A stretch of DNA of 64,000 bases from Tubulanus polymorphus. Its lineage: Eukaryota; Animalia; Nemertea. Positions within the stretch are counted from its first letter, which is position 1. Each line of letters starts with the position of its first letter. Made by a program: the position numbers and the translations under genes. Shown here piece after piece: positions 50,761-64,000 of the stretch. Location of the stretch: contig NC_134029.1 in NCBI RefSeq assembly GCF_964204645.1, positions 8,334,850 through 8,398,849 of the forward strand. The letters are read 5' to 3'. Under the pieces are notes generated by a model that ran no database searches, was not told where the DNA came from, and was given only the letters and a program-made list of their open reading frames with translations.

Positions 50761-53700
50761 CATTAGTGAATCTAGATTCACACATTGATTATTATTACAC
50801 ATACATATATCGTGATCACATGCTCAACAAGATTCAAGCTTAAAAAGGTCAAATTTTGTCGTTAGCATCAAGGCAATTCCGCATCTTTGTAATGTTATCT
50901 GCTTGTCGAGAATTTTGAAGATTGAGGCTTCATCATATAAACTTTTTACCTTTTTACTTGCTTGAGAAGTAAAGATATCAAAAGATAATGACTTTTTGCA
51001 AACGTGCAAAACGTCATGACCTGAAATGAACTACATTACGAAAAATGGAGGCAAGTTTTTGAATCGCCGCCTTTGCTTCAATGTCAAAAGCGTCCTCAAG
51101 GGTAAACTTGTATCTCTGTGGTCGCACAATAAGGTACAATTAGACTAGATGTCGCTAGCTGCCAGGGAAAGAGTGAGTGAGAGGGTTTCATTGACAACCT
51201 GAACAAACATTGTTGAAAACTTGAGTGAAGGGTAGCGAACAGGGTCATTATTGGGCCAGTGCGTTCGCTTTTTTTTTGGAAATGTCAATACGGCATAACA
51301 ACGGAAAATATCTGACCTGCATGTTTATGGGCATAGAATTTTTAGAAATATATTTCTATACTAAAAAATTATATGGAGGTTTTCTTTACCCGAACGGGAA
51401 CGAATTTCCGATATTGAACAAAATCTCCAATTTCTGATGAAAATCCCCTGTTCTGTTCCCGTCGGGTATGGCCGGTTTGTAAAAGATAAACGAATAAAAT
51501 ACAAGGTATAATCTTCCAAACCAAATCAAGCGCACGACTTTTACTACAATTCAATTTTCCATCTTAAATCCTCACGTAACGAGGTTTGCCGATGCTAAAA
51601 TTTGGTCTACGGTTCAAATCATTCCAGACGAGGAAGTGAGTAACTTTTTTCTCGCCCGGAAATTGCGAATAAACCATAAGCAGTAAGTTTCGATATCGAA
51701 TTACTTGTTTAATGTTGTTTAATGGCGTGTTTAATGTTGCCTAAAATGTCACGATAAACGAAGAAATGTGAGCAGGTCGGTGTTTTTTTTATCACCATTG
51801 TAGTAAACCCCGCAACAACAGGGTTCAAATGAAGAAAAAATACTTACGATAAGGAATGAAATGTACGTACTGCATATTGAATTGAACAGCGCTGTAGCGC
51901 GACACTGCCCGTTGTTTTAACCTTTTGACTGAGAGTTAAAACATAATTGACGCTATTATATCCCGGTAGATTTCTCAAATATGATCATATTTCATGAAGC
52001 TATTTCCTCAGTTAATACGAAGCATTTTTCCATACGACATAAATTAAGAAAATTCATATAGCTATGGGGAAGATCTGGAACCAGTTGTACGGGTATGAGG
52101 GTGAACGTTGGAAGCGTGAGTTATATGAAAGACAATATTTCTCAAGTCAAATATGCCGCTGTGGACTTATCACCATCGACAACAGTAGAACAGAATCATG
52201 CGGCAAGCAATGTTAGTCATACGACAGTGCAAACCCATTTGAACTAACAACTAAACTAGTCCTATATCTAAGACCATGCGGGACACAAACCTAAAAAACG
52301 GAAAATGCGGTTTTAGCTCCTTATAGTTCTCTCCAATTTTGAATCAATAGATTAGATGGCCGGTTCATTCGCTTGCCAATTCAGGCTGGATAGAAAATTA
52401 TCGCTCATCAGAACAGGATATTTCCAATTACGTACTTCGATTTTAACCAAATATTCTGTAAATATTCTCAATTTTGTACTCTTTCAAATTCTAAGCCTAC
52501 ATTCCTTACACCTGTCGATAGGTTTTTAAACTTATTATCTGTTCTCAAAGTGTAACTATTCTACCATTCTAAGTCCTGTTTCGTTCCCGGCAGGTGTGGT
52601 GGGTTTTCACCTCACCCGATCATAGGCATTCTAAGTGGACCGTTAAATAACTTTTTCACCAAGTGTAGTACTTAAGTCGTTATCTTAATCTCGATAATCT
52701 TAAATTTCAGTCGGAAATTGAGTTCTAAGAATGGAATGGGCAAAGTCTGGAAAAATAGCCTGCGGACTGTTGCTGCGAGTCGATCGAACTGCGACAAGGT
52801 CAAACATCTGATTTGCTCATTAATCACTATCAATCAACAAAATCCGTTTCGAAATCTACCTATTTCACATTCCCATTACTAAGATAAAAATAATTTTCTT
52901 CTACTTGATTCATTTCCGTTCTTTCTGCTTTTTTGCCGCCGGGGTCGGGTCCCATTCGAAAAAATGGCTCCGACGACGACGAAATCTCGGCGGCATTGTT
53001 CTCGCGGCAGGAAATACCGAATATCCGAACGTCGGCTGTTTAATCATCGCTAAAATGAAAATTGGATGTTATTGTTATCGCGAGATTGGTAGCCGCGTCC
53101 GGGTCACACTTTTCACCGACTGAGCGTTGGTCGAGCGAATGACGAAGAACAAAGCTACTCGCGAAAAAATCGACGTCGTTCCTTTCTTCGAATCTGTAGA
53201 TCTACGAAAATCACGGGTCGTTCAAATAATGACGAGGACTTCTTTGTCCGTCGTCGAATACGGTGATTATCGTTTCGATAATGGTCACCGAGTAAGACCA
53301 TTTGGCCGTCAGGGGTGACCGGCCTAGGGTGACGGGGACTTTGAAGCTAAAGAAATCGTTCGGCTTCTAAAGATTCAGATTTCCGGCCATAGTAATGGTC
53401 ACCTTCTGTCAGACGCGGTCACTCATTCTTTACACAGGGAAAAAAGATCTCAAAAAGATTGTTACTACTGATTGAAAACCGGTCGGACCAACAAGCGAAA
53501 GACGCCCACAGTATTCTATCCAGGGGGGAGGTGGAAGGGAATTATACGGTAAGGGGTCAATTTATTTCTATAGCCTATAGATCGACCGGGTCAATCCTGA
53601 ATCTACTTGTAACAAATACGCTGAGTTTTTGCGCAGTTATTGTCCGGCCGTGTGTTAAGAAAATCAAAAAAAGTGAACGAAAAATTCCAACGGTGATGAA

Positions 53701-54156
53701 CGAATAACAAAAAACAATGTTTCTCAAAAAGCTTTTCAGTGAGGGCTTGTATGAATGAAAGAATGAATGAATAGAAAAAAAGAAATACGCTAGCTACATC
53801 CCACGTCCTTTCATACAAAAACAGCTACGATGTCTGGTCGCAAGATTTTAGCACTCGGTTTCGAAAGACATTTCGTTAATTAGTTCTTTTCAATTCTATC
53901 GGTTTTCAAAGGTGAGAAATATCGCGCCGCGACAGCTTCAAAGAATCTCCAGATCAAGAGATGTATTTCCTCCCGAGGAAATCGAGCGACTCGCTCATAA
54001 AAGTATTTCGTTACAATTAAAATAATCAAGAATATTGGCAAAAATTGTGGTAGAAAAATGGACGTATTGGTTATCGTAGACAAAAAGTGACTGTCTAGCT
54101 TCATAAGATCTTTCACTTCACATCCTAATCACATCCTTGTTTTGATTTATACATGT

Positions 54157-54600
54157 ACAAGCCATAGGCGACGGTTCTCACAGGATCAGATGCGAACTTC
54201 AAAATTACCATGCGTTTGTTCCGATTGCATTTTGGATATGTTGTATCTAGGGCCAATAGTTGAAATTTGTCAAGGCAACTTTTTGAATTTCGACCCCATT
54301 CCTCAGTTATGAAGTCATCCTCAAGGTCATGTCACTGAAAAACAGTTTTAATGCCTAGTTCTGCCGCTAGGTGGCTTACTGACTGACTGACTGCCTGACT
54401 GCCTGTGTGCCAGCCTGCCAGCCAGCCAGCCTGCCTGCCAGCCAGCCAGACAGACAGGGAAACAGACTGATAGGGAAACAGACAGACAGATAGATAGAAA
54501 CAGACAGACAGACGGATAGATAGAAACAGACAGACAGATAGATAGAAATAGACAGACAGACGGACGGACGGACGGACGGACGAACGGACGGACATGCCAT
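54157..54600 (+). mobile_element. HINE-like element family H1, copy 2, with compound tetranucleotide tail
   Basis: ACAAGCCATAGGCGACGG...TTGCATTTTGGATATGTTGTATCTA...CAACTTTTTGAATTTCGACCC aligns with 457-620; GACT/GCCA/GACA/GATA/GACG repeats at 54377-54593. Confidence 0.65.
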
Positions 54601-55794
54601 ATCGTATCTTTGAGTATGCTGTTATTTGAAAGACTCTGGGGTTTTTCTTGTCACAACCGCATTTGAATTACATCTTAAGCTACAATAAATATCACTTGTA
54701 GGCAACCTTTCTAAGCCCACTGGCATTAAGATGACTGTTTTAAGAAGTGAAAATGATTCAAGTCAAATATTAGTACGAGCATCCTAAAAACTTGTTAACT
54801 TCATCATTATCCATCTATCTAATGACCCTCGTGCTGAGGGTACCCTTGAGGGATCAAATCGAAGAACAGCTATATTACTAAGTAGCTACTGGCCCATAGA
54901 AATCCACAATCAATCTGGTCATGATTTGATAATACCGTAAGACTGGAAGTGATTTGTAGAAATACCGGGCCCCATCCCTAGGACACTACTGGTAGTCAAA
55001 GTTAAGTTTAAGTTAGTTTATCAGGTGTTCGACACTGTCCAATAACTACTCCCTCTGAAATCTTAGAGATAAATCTGAATTGCAAACGGTATTCAAAACC
55101 ACCAGTTACTCAAGCTAATCACGAATGGATTTGGATAAGCGCGAATCGAATTAAGACGGATTAAGTGACCATTGCTCATTTGCCCCACCCCATCCCGCCT
55201 ACTAAAGGGTTAATTCAGTTTAACAACTCGATTAACGCGATCAATCGCACGTCGTTAACTGCGGTCATGTACGTATCGAAATGAAAATACGATTACCAAA
55301 GTTAGATATAATGCGAAGACGAGAGCGTCGCGGCATTCGCGGTGTAGTTTAGAAGAGTTTCAGTGACGTCATTCGGTCGGCGCTTCTCTTCGGTTAGCTA
55401 TGCAAATCCGACTCAATCAAACAATCGACAGAGAAAACAAAAGATTTAACGAAAATGCGATTAATTTTGGACGACGGGCGACGGCTGATTACGCGATGTA
55501 ATTAATCTTGATTAGTTGAAGAGCTTTCGAGAGGGTGAGCCGAATGATGACAGAGAGAGAGAGAAAGAGAGAGGAGAGAGAGAACTGATTAATATCATTA
55601 TAGATAGTGCAGTTTGTGTCCGGTAAATAAGAGCCACTGAGCTCACTTGCCAGAAGTAGTTTTGATTTCAGGGACATAGTCGTTGTATGAAAGTTAGCGC
55701 TGGAGGCGTAGACAACGAACGCCTGAATCTAATAACATTCGAATGCATCTAAGCTCGCTTGGTCAGGAGCTAAGTGAAGTCATAATCATACATA

Positions 55795-56095
55795 TTTAAG
55801 TCGGCCATTTTGGATGATATCATGACCTAGTTTGGTCATGTTATGATAGACCATTCCATTTCACATTCTCATGTGAAAAATGAAAGCTCCGCATTGAATA
55901 TCATATCGGTCTATAGCCGAACATTTTGCATTTTCAGAATCCAATATGGTCATCAATCGGCCATCTTAGATCTGAATACCATAAATATCAAACTCATCCC
56001 AGATTTTATGGTCATACAAAATATATCCGAACATGATGTGGTCTGTAGAGTGTTCACAAGAAACCTGATTCGAGCACTGATGCCAGACCACCACT
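55795..56095 (+). mobile_element. HINE-type core repeat fragment
   Basis: GTCGGCCATTTTGGATG...CATTCTCATGTGAAA shared with 39230-39830. Confidence 0.55.
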
Positions 56096-57216
56096 AAGAC
56101 CCAGGGGTGCAGCATAAAAAACGAATCAAATTCAAACTTAAAACTGCAGCCATTTGACCACAATGGTTTTTTTTGTTGGCTTGTTTCACCTATAGGGTGA
56201 GATCCTGTGGAACTGAGTCTAGTCGTAACTTCAATCCAGAAGAGGGAGAGGGGAGATAATTTGATTTACCGGTTAATGTCGAGTGACTCAAGAGGAAATG
56301 AGGAATTACGAAATATAAACAATTCATTGACGATGGTAAGACCCATTACAGGATCCACCTGGGTTGGTTGATAGCAGACATAAACATATCAGCATGAACT
56401 TCCTCACTGGTAGGCTATAGGCTAGTTCACTAATTTCCTCACAGAGGGAGATACCTTCCAAATAAAGGCCGATGATGTTTTGTACTTCATTTTGTTTTTT
56501 GATTTTCTTTTACTAAATCTAATGCCCCCTCGTAATCATTCCGATTTTAAACTATGCTAAAAAAACATTCCCACGTTTATCTAGGACCAAAATTGTCATG
56601 TCGACATTAAACACCCCACCCAACAACCTTCAACCGATTTATATAGTTATCTAGATGAAGCACGAGGGGAGGGGGCGATTTAGGAATAATAATCTTACGT
56701 CGAACGTCGTTTTCGAATCATCAGACGCGGTAGCGGACGTGTTTCGCGCAATGAATTTAACACCGGCGACGATGTTTTATAGATTTGTATTGGATAGATT
56801 ACGTTTTGCCGCTTGACGACGATTTTTTCGCACCGATGGCATCCGATGCCACTACGCGCCGCGGAGCCTGCTACGAAGATCCACGACTATCCGCCATCGT
56901 CGTCGTCGTGCTGACGATGATTATGTAAACATCAGTCAGTTGCCGTACCCTACGGGCAAAACTTGCTCTAAATTGATAGCTTTCAAGCCTTAATGATAAG
57001 GTGTCATGCCACAATAAACTGATTTGATTTGCAACTCCGAGAGCATGGCTAATGACTTCACATTCAAAAACTATCGCTTTGGATTTTTTGCCGGCTTTTG
57101 TAAAAATCTAACGACTAGTTACCATAGCGACTAATTCAAAGAAAAATTTTACTGGCTATACAAAGAGAATATACTGTCATGATTTTACGATTTATCCTGA
57201 AATTTTACGGCGTTAC

Positions 57217-57530
57217 AGCCGTGATCATACAAGCGTTTTTTGGCCCGCACCAAACAAATTTGGCCCGGAACAACTGTTCACAAGGGCGCCAAATGGTTTG
57301 TTGGGTGACCAAAAGTCTCGAACCAGGCCTGAGCCAAATTTTTGCAAGGGACAACTTGTTCCGATTAAATTGCAACCGGTTACAAAAATGACCCACTTCG
57401 CTTCGTTTATGCATTGTTTAAGTGGTTTACATGTGAACGTGCCCTCTAATTAGGCATGGGCTAAATTTGGCTCGGGCCTTGATTCATACCAATTCGGCCC
57501 GGGCTAAATCATCTCTGTGTGATCGCGGCT
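57217..57530 (+). mobile_element. MITE family M1
   Basis: AGCCGTGATCATAC ... TGTGTGATCGCGGCT. Confidence 0.85.
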
Positions 57531-57792
57531 TGTATTTAGATCATTATTAGTTGTTTTGTTCATCGCACCAGCTAACTCTGTGTAGCATTGATAAACTGAT
57601 CCTTAGAAATGATGCCATTAGCCCGTTGTTCAAATATTGCTCAAGACAATATTCAATGAAGTAAGGCAAGCCGTTGATATTTTAGAGCTGTGTGTGACTC
57701 TGATGATCTGAAAACTGGTTTATGTTTGACTGTGACCAACGCAATGGATATCGACACAACCGACATATTGGCAACTGGGTAAGCTTGTGATA

Positions 57793-58098
57793 AGCTGCAA
57801 TCACACGCAGACGATTTAGCCCGGGTTGATTTGGCCCAGGTCAGACCCCAGTCAAATTTGGCCCGTGCTTAATAAGAGATCGCGTGCACAAGTGAACTAC
57901 TTACTTGATACTAAACAATGTTATCACTAAGCGAGTACAGTCACTTCCGGTGCTAAAACTTGGCACAGGCCTGGGCCGACGTATTTGGTCAGGCCGGATT
58001 TGGCACGTACTAACAGCCACAGACCTATTAGCACCAGTGTGAATGGTTGGTCAGGATCAAATTTGGTACAGATCAAAAATGCTCTTGTGGTCGCAGCT
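57793..58098 (-). mobile_element. MITE family M1
   Basis: AGCTGCAATCACACG ... TGTGGTCGCAGCT; body in reverse orientation. Confidence 0.85.
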
Positions 58099-58734
58099 TA
58101 AGGTGTGCTAGTCACAGTTACAAGGGGGCCTGAAAGTCTTCCGGATACAGCGACTCAAAGTTTCAAGTCGAATTCAAGTTCTTTCTCAAGAGTTCGGCTA
58201 CGACGTTAACTGACGGAAGCGAGCGCACGGATTCTAACCAATCAGCTTCATTCAGAATATGCGATCGGGGAAGTTGAAGAAATACTTGCCGATTAGATTA
58301 AGTTCAATTACATAAATGACACTTTATTTCCGACGTACAGAATTCTTTAAAATCAAACTGAAGTATGTTATGAAATGAAAAGCAAAAAAACTTTTCGAAC
58401 TCATAAAAACGAGAACCTGCTGAAGAGCGGGAAATTTCTCGACACAATCTGGTCGAAGAACACTTCTCGGTCGAATCAAAACTGCGTCTTCAATTTGAAA
58501 TTCAAATCGCGAGAATTGAAGAATTTACCGAATGAAATCATATTGAATTAATGAACGCATCTGAACGCACGTTCTCGTGAATCTTTTACGCAGACGGCAA
58601 TGCATAACTTACGACACCTCAACGAACGATGGCTATTAATCTCATCTGCAAATTTTTTTAGATTCACGAAATTTTTACCGAAAATAGCTTAGAAGCATTT
58701 TATGAGTAAGATCAGGCTATCATCATGGACAAAC

Positions 58735-59046
58735 TCACACGAGCGTTTTTAGCCTGTGTCAAATTTGGCCCGGAAGAACTGTTCACACAGGTGCCAATGG
58801 GGAAATTTGGCACAATAAAAAATGTCGGAGCAGGCCAGAGCCAAATTCTGGCACAGGTCAAATCATTGCGAGTGAATTGCAACTGGTTCCGGAAGTGACT
58901 AACATCGCTTTGTTTAAGCATTGTTTAGTATCGAGCCAGTGGTTTACATGTGAACACGCACTCCAATTAGGCATGGGCCAAATTTGACTCAGACCTGATC
59001 CATGTCAATTTGGCCCGGGCCAAATCATCTCCATCTGATCGCGGCT
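58735..59046 (+). mobile_element. MITE family M1
   Basis: TCACACGAGCGTTTTTAGCC ... TCTGATCGCGGCT. Confidence 0.85.
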
Positions 59047-59614
59047 ATAAAATGCCAATAGATTCCTAGTCTTTAATATGAGAAAACAAATGATTGGTAC
59101 AAAATCTGCAAAAGGATTAATCAATTCGTCTCGAAATTACATCTGCTTAGTGCTTAGAAGAAATTCTGTACAAATTCGAGAAATGTAGACATGAGATGAA
59201 AAAAATAGGAATTGGCGCATATATATCACAGAAGAATGAAAATGTGTTCCCAGAATTAATCACAACTTCTGTTGCCTTGGTTGTCTTAAATTGCTTTTGA
59301 AATATATTGAAAATGACATAGCCGGAAGCCCATCAACGATATGAGTTTTGCGAGTGAAATTCTTGCAACAAGTTTTGCTTCTCCCAGTCAACACAGATCT
59401 AATTAAAAAGCCAAGAAATGTCATTTCGTCTATTCCTACATATTTCAGGGAGTGCCTGCCTTGTCGACATCCTGTCCCTTACTCTCCTATTATGAACGTT
59501 GTTCCGATGCGCCACAAGTGTAAGTCATAATTCGTTCATTTTCATTATCTTTAGGTTCCAGAATCTGAAATTGTTCTCTTTTTTTTTTTTATAGTTTTCA
59601 TTAACAAATGATTT

Positions 59615-59871
59615 CAAGGGCAGGTCTAGGATTCTTTGAAAGACCAGCAAATTGAAAAAGGAAATTAATTTGAAAAGGGTAGAATGCACGGGCTGCTAGC
59701 AAAGCATTGGTGGGGGCTTTGAAGGCCCTACTATAGAAATTCGAAGATCAAAAAGGCATTTTCTGGCCATTAACGGACCATACTTGATTTATCTTTTTTT
59801 TCAGACTTTTTGTTAGGAATATTCGAATTTTAAAGGGGTTCACTAGGGTCCACCCCCTAAATCTGCCCTTG
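59615..59871. mobile_element. MITE family M4
   Basis: CAAGGGCAGGTCTAGG ... CCTAAATCTGCCCTTG. Confidence 0.7.
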
Positions 59872-60413
59872 AATTTCAATTCAAAAGTGACCCGAATAAC
59901 TAGGCCTACTTATAGCGAACCTCGTGTTCTTCCTCGCTGGACAGTAATACCTCATCCTTGCTATACAGTAATACCTCAATTAGGTCAAACTGGACTGAAG
60001 CTGCCATTTACGATCTTAAACTATCAATACTTTAGACGGTGTGATCATTCGTTCTGTTGACAGTTATGTCCATTTTATGTATTTTTGATTAGAGGCGAAT
60101 GTGTTAGTACATGGTTAGATCAAATCTCCTAGCAGCTGATGAGCTTGTTCTCGCCGATAGAACGGGTCTATATCACCATAAGGCGAGTTGTTTTCCATGC
60201 TCTCGACGGATAGGGACAATTTCCGATTAAGTAACATAAATTCATTATGTTTCTTGTTTTTTGCTATGCGGATTATACCTGATGACACAACTATGACCTA
60301 AAAGTGACATATCATAGTGTTCTTCCATTTCGTCTTAAAAAGTGACATTTCAAAGGAACATTCGATTACGAACTTTAAAGTCGTAAGAGGCACATAAGCG
60401 TGAATTTTGACTA

Positions 60414-60668
60414 AGCCACATTCACATGAGCTTCTTTTGCCTGGGCAACTGGTCGGAACTGACCGAGCCAAAGCAGGAGTAAAACTGTTGCATGCAAATT
60501 GTGACTGGTTCCGGAAGTGACTCATGTCGCTTTGTTTGAGCATTGTTTAGTATCAAGTGAATGGTTTAGGTGTTAACGCGCTCTCTAATTAGGCACGGGC
60601 CAAACTTGACTCTGGCCTGATCCGTGCCAATTTGGCCACGGCCAAATGGTCTCCGTGTGATCCCGGCT
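60414..60668 (+). mobile_element. MITE family M1 between ~60-bp direct repeats
   Basis: AGCCACATTCACATG ... CGTGTGATCCCGGCT; flanks 60352-60410 and 60672-60732 are similar to each other. Confidence 0.85.
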
Positions 60669-61779
60669 ATTAAAGAAACATTTGATTCTGAACTTTTAAA
60701 CGTCATAAGAGGCACATAAGTGTGAATTTTGATTTGGAATAACAACATTGACTCAGTTCTTCCCGTTAATTTGAGTAGTGGGTAGTTTTCCCGCAATAGG
60801 GACATCCAGTCGATCCGAAACATGAGCAGTTTTATTGACACATGACAGAACATCGTCAATACCCGCTTATGATAGCATAGATGGGTTACATTCGTCGGTA
60901 TCATCACGGATGACCAGCTCGTCCAGTCGTGGTCAACGGCAGCTACTCTTGCGGGTAAGCAGCCGCGACAGATACCACACGAGGAGCTGAGCTGAGCTCG
61001 TGCATGTATATAGTATAAGTTACATAACCAGTCTTACTACTGGAAGACTCCGCACGTATTTTCAGCCCGAGTGATTTCAGTTGCTATTAACTATGTAACC
61101 CAATTACGGCGGGAAAGTAAGCGTGACAAGTAATTATTAATGAAGATGGTATCTTTTACCGCACGTTATCATTCATTATAGTATGATTCACTAGAACGCC
61201 ATGCGCGTTAAGTACGAACTAGCTACATATACGCCGCATCTCCTACTAAACTCGATGAGTACCGCAAATCCGCGATTAGCGGCGGATTAAACGTTTCCGA
61301 TTTTAAAAGCGTCTCGTCGTAAATTTTCAATAGGTTTACACGGTTGAAAGGTCGATCGAATCCATCACAATCGTCGTTGATTAAAATCGTTGTTTGCTCA
61401 GCGTAATGGTCGAAATGTTGGTTACATCTTCCGGCTCGGAAATGAAAGAACTAGCTCACCATAACATACAAATGTTTATCGAAATCATTAGAATTATCAT
61501 ATATCTAGCGACTTACTATATATTACAGTTTCTATAGAGAAGTGACTATCCATTCCGATTGAAGAAAATTTTCAAATTCAATTCCTTAATTTCCAAATTT
61601 AATTTCTAGCAAAACAATCCATAAATTAATAATAATCAGCTGAAATGGGCTCCATGAAATTTTGTCACCGAAGATAAAACTGGTTTAACTAACTGGCCCA
61701 AGTTGACACTGATACAAAATACATAAAACCGGACCCTAGGGTTCAAATGAAATCTGCTCCATGAAAAATTGGTACCAAG

Positions 61780-62005
61780 GTTGGTTTGGCAAAATTTGGC
61801 TCAGGCCGATCGATGCTTGCTTGGCTCGAACAAAGACGTTTAACCAAACACAGTTGAATTATTGCGTGAGAATTGCAACTGGTTCCGGAAGTGACTCAGT
61901 TAGCATTGTATAAGCATTGTTCAGTATTGAGTGACTTGTGACGTAAACACGCTCTCTTATCAGGCATGGGCCAAATTTGTCTCCGGCCTGATCCGGGCCA
62001 ATTCA
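61780..62005 (+). mobile_element. MITE family M1, fragment
   Basis: GAATTGCAACTGGTTCCGGAAGTGACTCA and CAGGCATGGGCCAAATTTG blocks. Confidence 0.75.
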
Positions 62006-62987
62006 GACCTTGCCGAATATCAATGTGGGATCTCAGCTCAAAAATTATCTCTGAAAGCGGATCCTCTAGGGTTGAAGTTGAAAATGTGGTCATTAACCAT
62101 CGACTCGGAACGAGGTTCAACTTCTGGGAAATGACCCACCAGGGGGGAAAAAGAAAGCCGAGTGAAAATTTTAATCGATCGAAAAATGAAATACGCAAAT
62201 TGAGAACAAGCCGAACCCGATGCGTGGTGTACACAATGCGGAGAATACCGTTTGAGGTAGAGAGATCATTAATTATTCAAGCGTTGATGTCTGTAACCAT
62301 GCGGCGGCTCCGCGATTACGCTGTTTTTTCCAGAATTCATCAAATAAAGCTTTAATAAATTTTCAATTAAGTCACGAAGCAGAAAAAACAATTCGAAATT
62401 GGATTCCCCTCGATGAAGAATTGATAATTAGGCTAAAGGTGATGGGCACGCGAGTTTCTCGTGTACCGAGCGTTCGACATGAGAAATATTTCAAATGTCT
62501 TCGTTCGGCGTTTACGTAATGACAGATGCCGCGACCCCGATTGCAACGTAGTTAAGATGAATAATTGATCGAAAACTAATCAATTTGGACCTCTGGTACA
62601 GAAAAAATCTTTGATCAATCGGAATATCGCACAAGGGGATTGCATTGGTAAATGGGGTGCTGGTTAGCTCAATAACTAAAAGTTGAATTTACCATATGGC
62701 TTAGATTAAAATTAGGGCAAACTCTTATCAACTTTTTAGCAACTGAAACCCGATAGATAACTTCAACTAACCAACTTTGGAGCAACTGGGCTCAGTTGTG
62801 ACCTAACAATTACTGGAGTTAATTTGAAAACTTTTGAAAAATTCCACCCTAGTATGTTGAATTAGAGGCCTACCATCATAATGTATCTGACACACTGAAA
62901 TGGTAACCAAAAAATACATTCTTCTTATATCTACAGTTGTTAGATTGGCTATAGAACTTAAAATGATCTAAAATGAACTAGCCCCTG

Positions 62988-63088
62988 GGGCCAGTTGCAC
63001 AGCCGTGACTGAAGTCATTAGATTGGCTATAGAACTTAGTTGGTCTTAGACTGGTCTTAAGTCTAAGCCATGAGTATGCAACTAGCCC
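62988..63088. mobile_element. MITE family M2 with CTG target duplication
   Basis: CTG|GGGCCAGTTGCA ... TGCAACTAGCCC|CTG; preceded by a truncated sibling at ~62935-62984 ending AACTAGCCC. Confidence 0.8.
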
Positions 63089-64000
63089 CTGATGTATAGA
63101 AAGGGTCTTCACAACTCACCATTAACAAGGAAGGTACTGGGGTCCTTTTGTTTGTAAAGTTATTCATTTTTTCAAATGATGGTTGAATGGATATATAAAT
63201 CACTAATGATGTAGTCCCAAAATGTGCTGAAGAACCAAAAAATCTCCAGCAAATGCCCGATAAGGTCAATAGTTCTATCATTTTATACGCAATTCTTGAA
63301 AAGCCAACTGTATTTCTATGGAAAGTCAATAGTTTGGAAATGCAAGAGGATGTATATTGACAACTGGGATCTCAGGAACTGATGCTGCCAATCTCTTTGA
63401 TTGTTGTCACTGAAAGTCACTAGTGCCATAGATCAGAGTGTAAAGATAGTCTAGTTAAAACCTAGCTTAACCTCAGTTTCAAAAACCTTTATTTGAAGTA
63501 CAAGGATGAGAGAACACTGCACAGTACCATAATTTCACTATTTGCGGGCAACGACAAATTCATCGGCTATTTTCAATTACGTGGTAACCTTATAAAGCGG
63601 TTGATAGACGCCTCTTTTTTCAGTACGGTCCATAAAATCGTCTCCGGAGTATTCAACAACAAGGAAACACTCGACTGATAAAGCGAAGTCGTGTTCGCTG
63701 CCGGTATCCGCCATCAAAAAATACTATACCATTTCGCCACGAGGAAAAACCTCATGAATATAACATGCTCCGCACAATGAGAGTAGCCACGCATCGCGCA
63801 AACATTCCGCCACTGAATAGGCAATAATTTTCCTTTATAGCCACTTAAAATTTTACCTGACCGGACACTTAAACGCAACCGGCAGCGACGGCTGGCCAGC
63901 GGCGCTGCGATCCGGCACGCAGCGCTCCTGACAAAAATTACGCAATCAACATTGATGGTCGTTATAAATCAAATCCACCGCTCGGACCCGGCGCGCTATT

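Noticed and set aside
60136-60170. CTGATGAG followed by an 8-bp stem
   Set aside because: The GAAA core is missing after the stem.

Overview
This window looks like non-coding eukaryotic DNA from an intergenic region or large intron, most consistent with an invertebrate (possibly lophotrochozoan) genome; the taxon is an inference only. No protein-coding gene can be supported. The ORF track holds only short ORFs, many of them read through microsatellites, minisatellites or MITEs. The window is a mosaic of CpG-rich unique tracts (roughly 0.3-1 kb) alternating with CpG-poor tracts full of small non-autonomous transposons. These include about 12 copies of one AGCCGCGATCACAC-TIR MITE, palindromic MITEs with 3-bp CTG or TTA target duplications (PIF/Harbinger-like), pogo-like and GGCGGATCTAG-TIR MITEs, Helentron/HINE-like elements, and mini- and microsatellites. 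The most interesting signals are: (1) a MITE with 9-bp target duplications (Mutator-like) whose two TIRs each look like an outward-facing tRNA/Pol III unit; (2) Penelope-like inverted/tandem repeats carrying minimal hammerhead ribozyme motifs; (3) CpG decay concentrated in transposons; (4) an apparently identical 260-bp dispersed duplication; (5) a filled/empty MITE site pair in a local duplication. No prokaryote-type system (CRISPR, operon, defence island) is present. All alignments and coordinates were read by eye.
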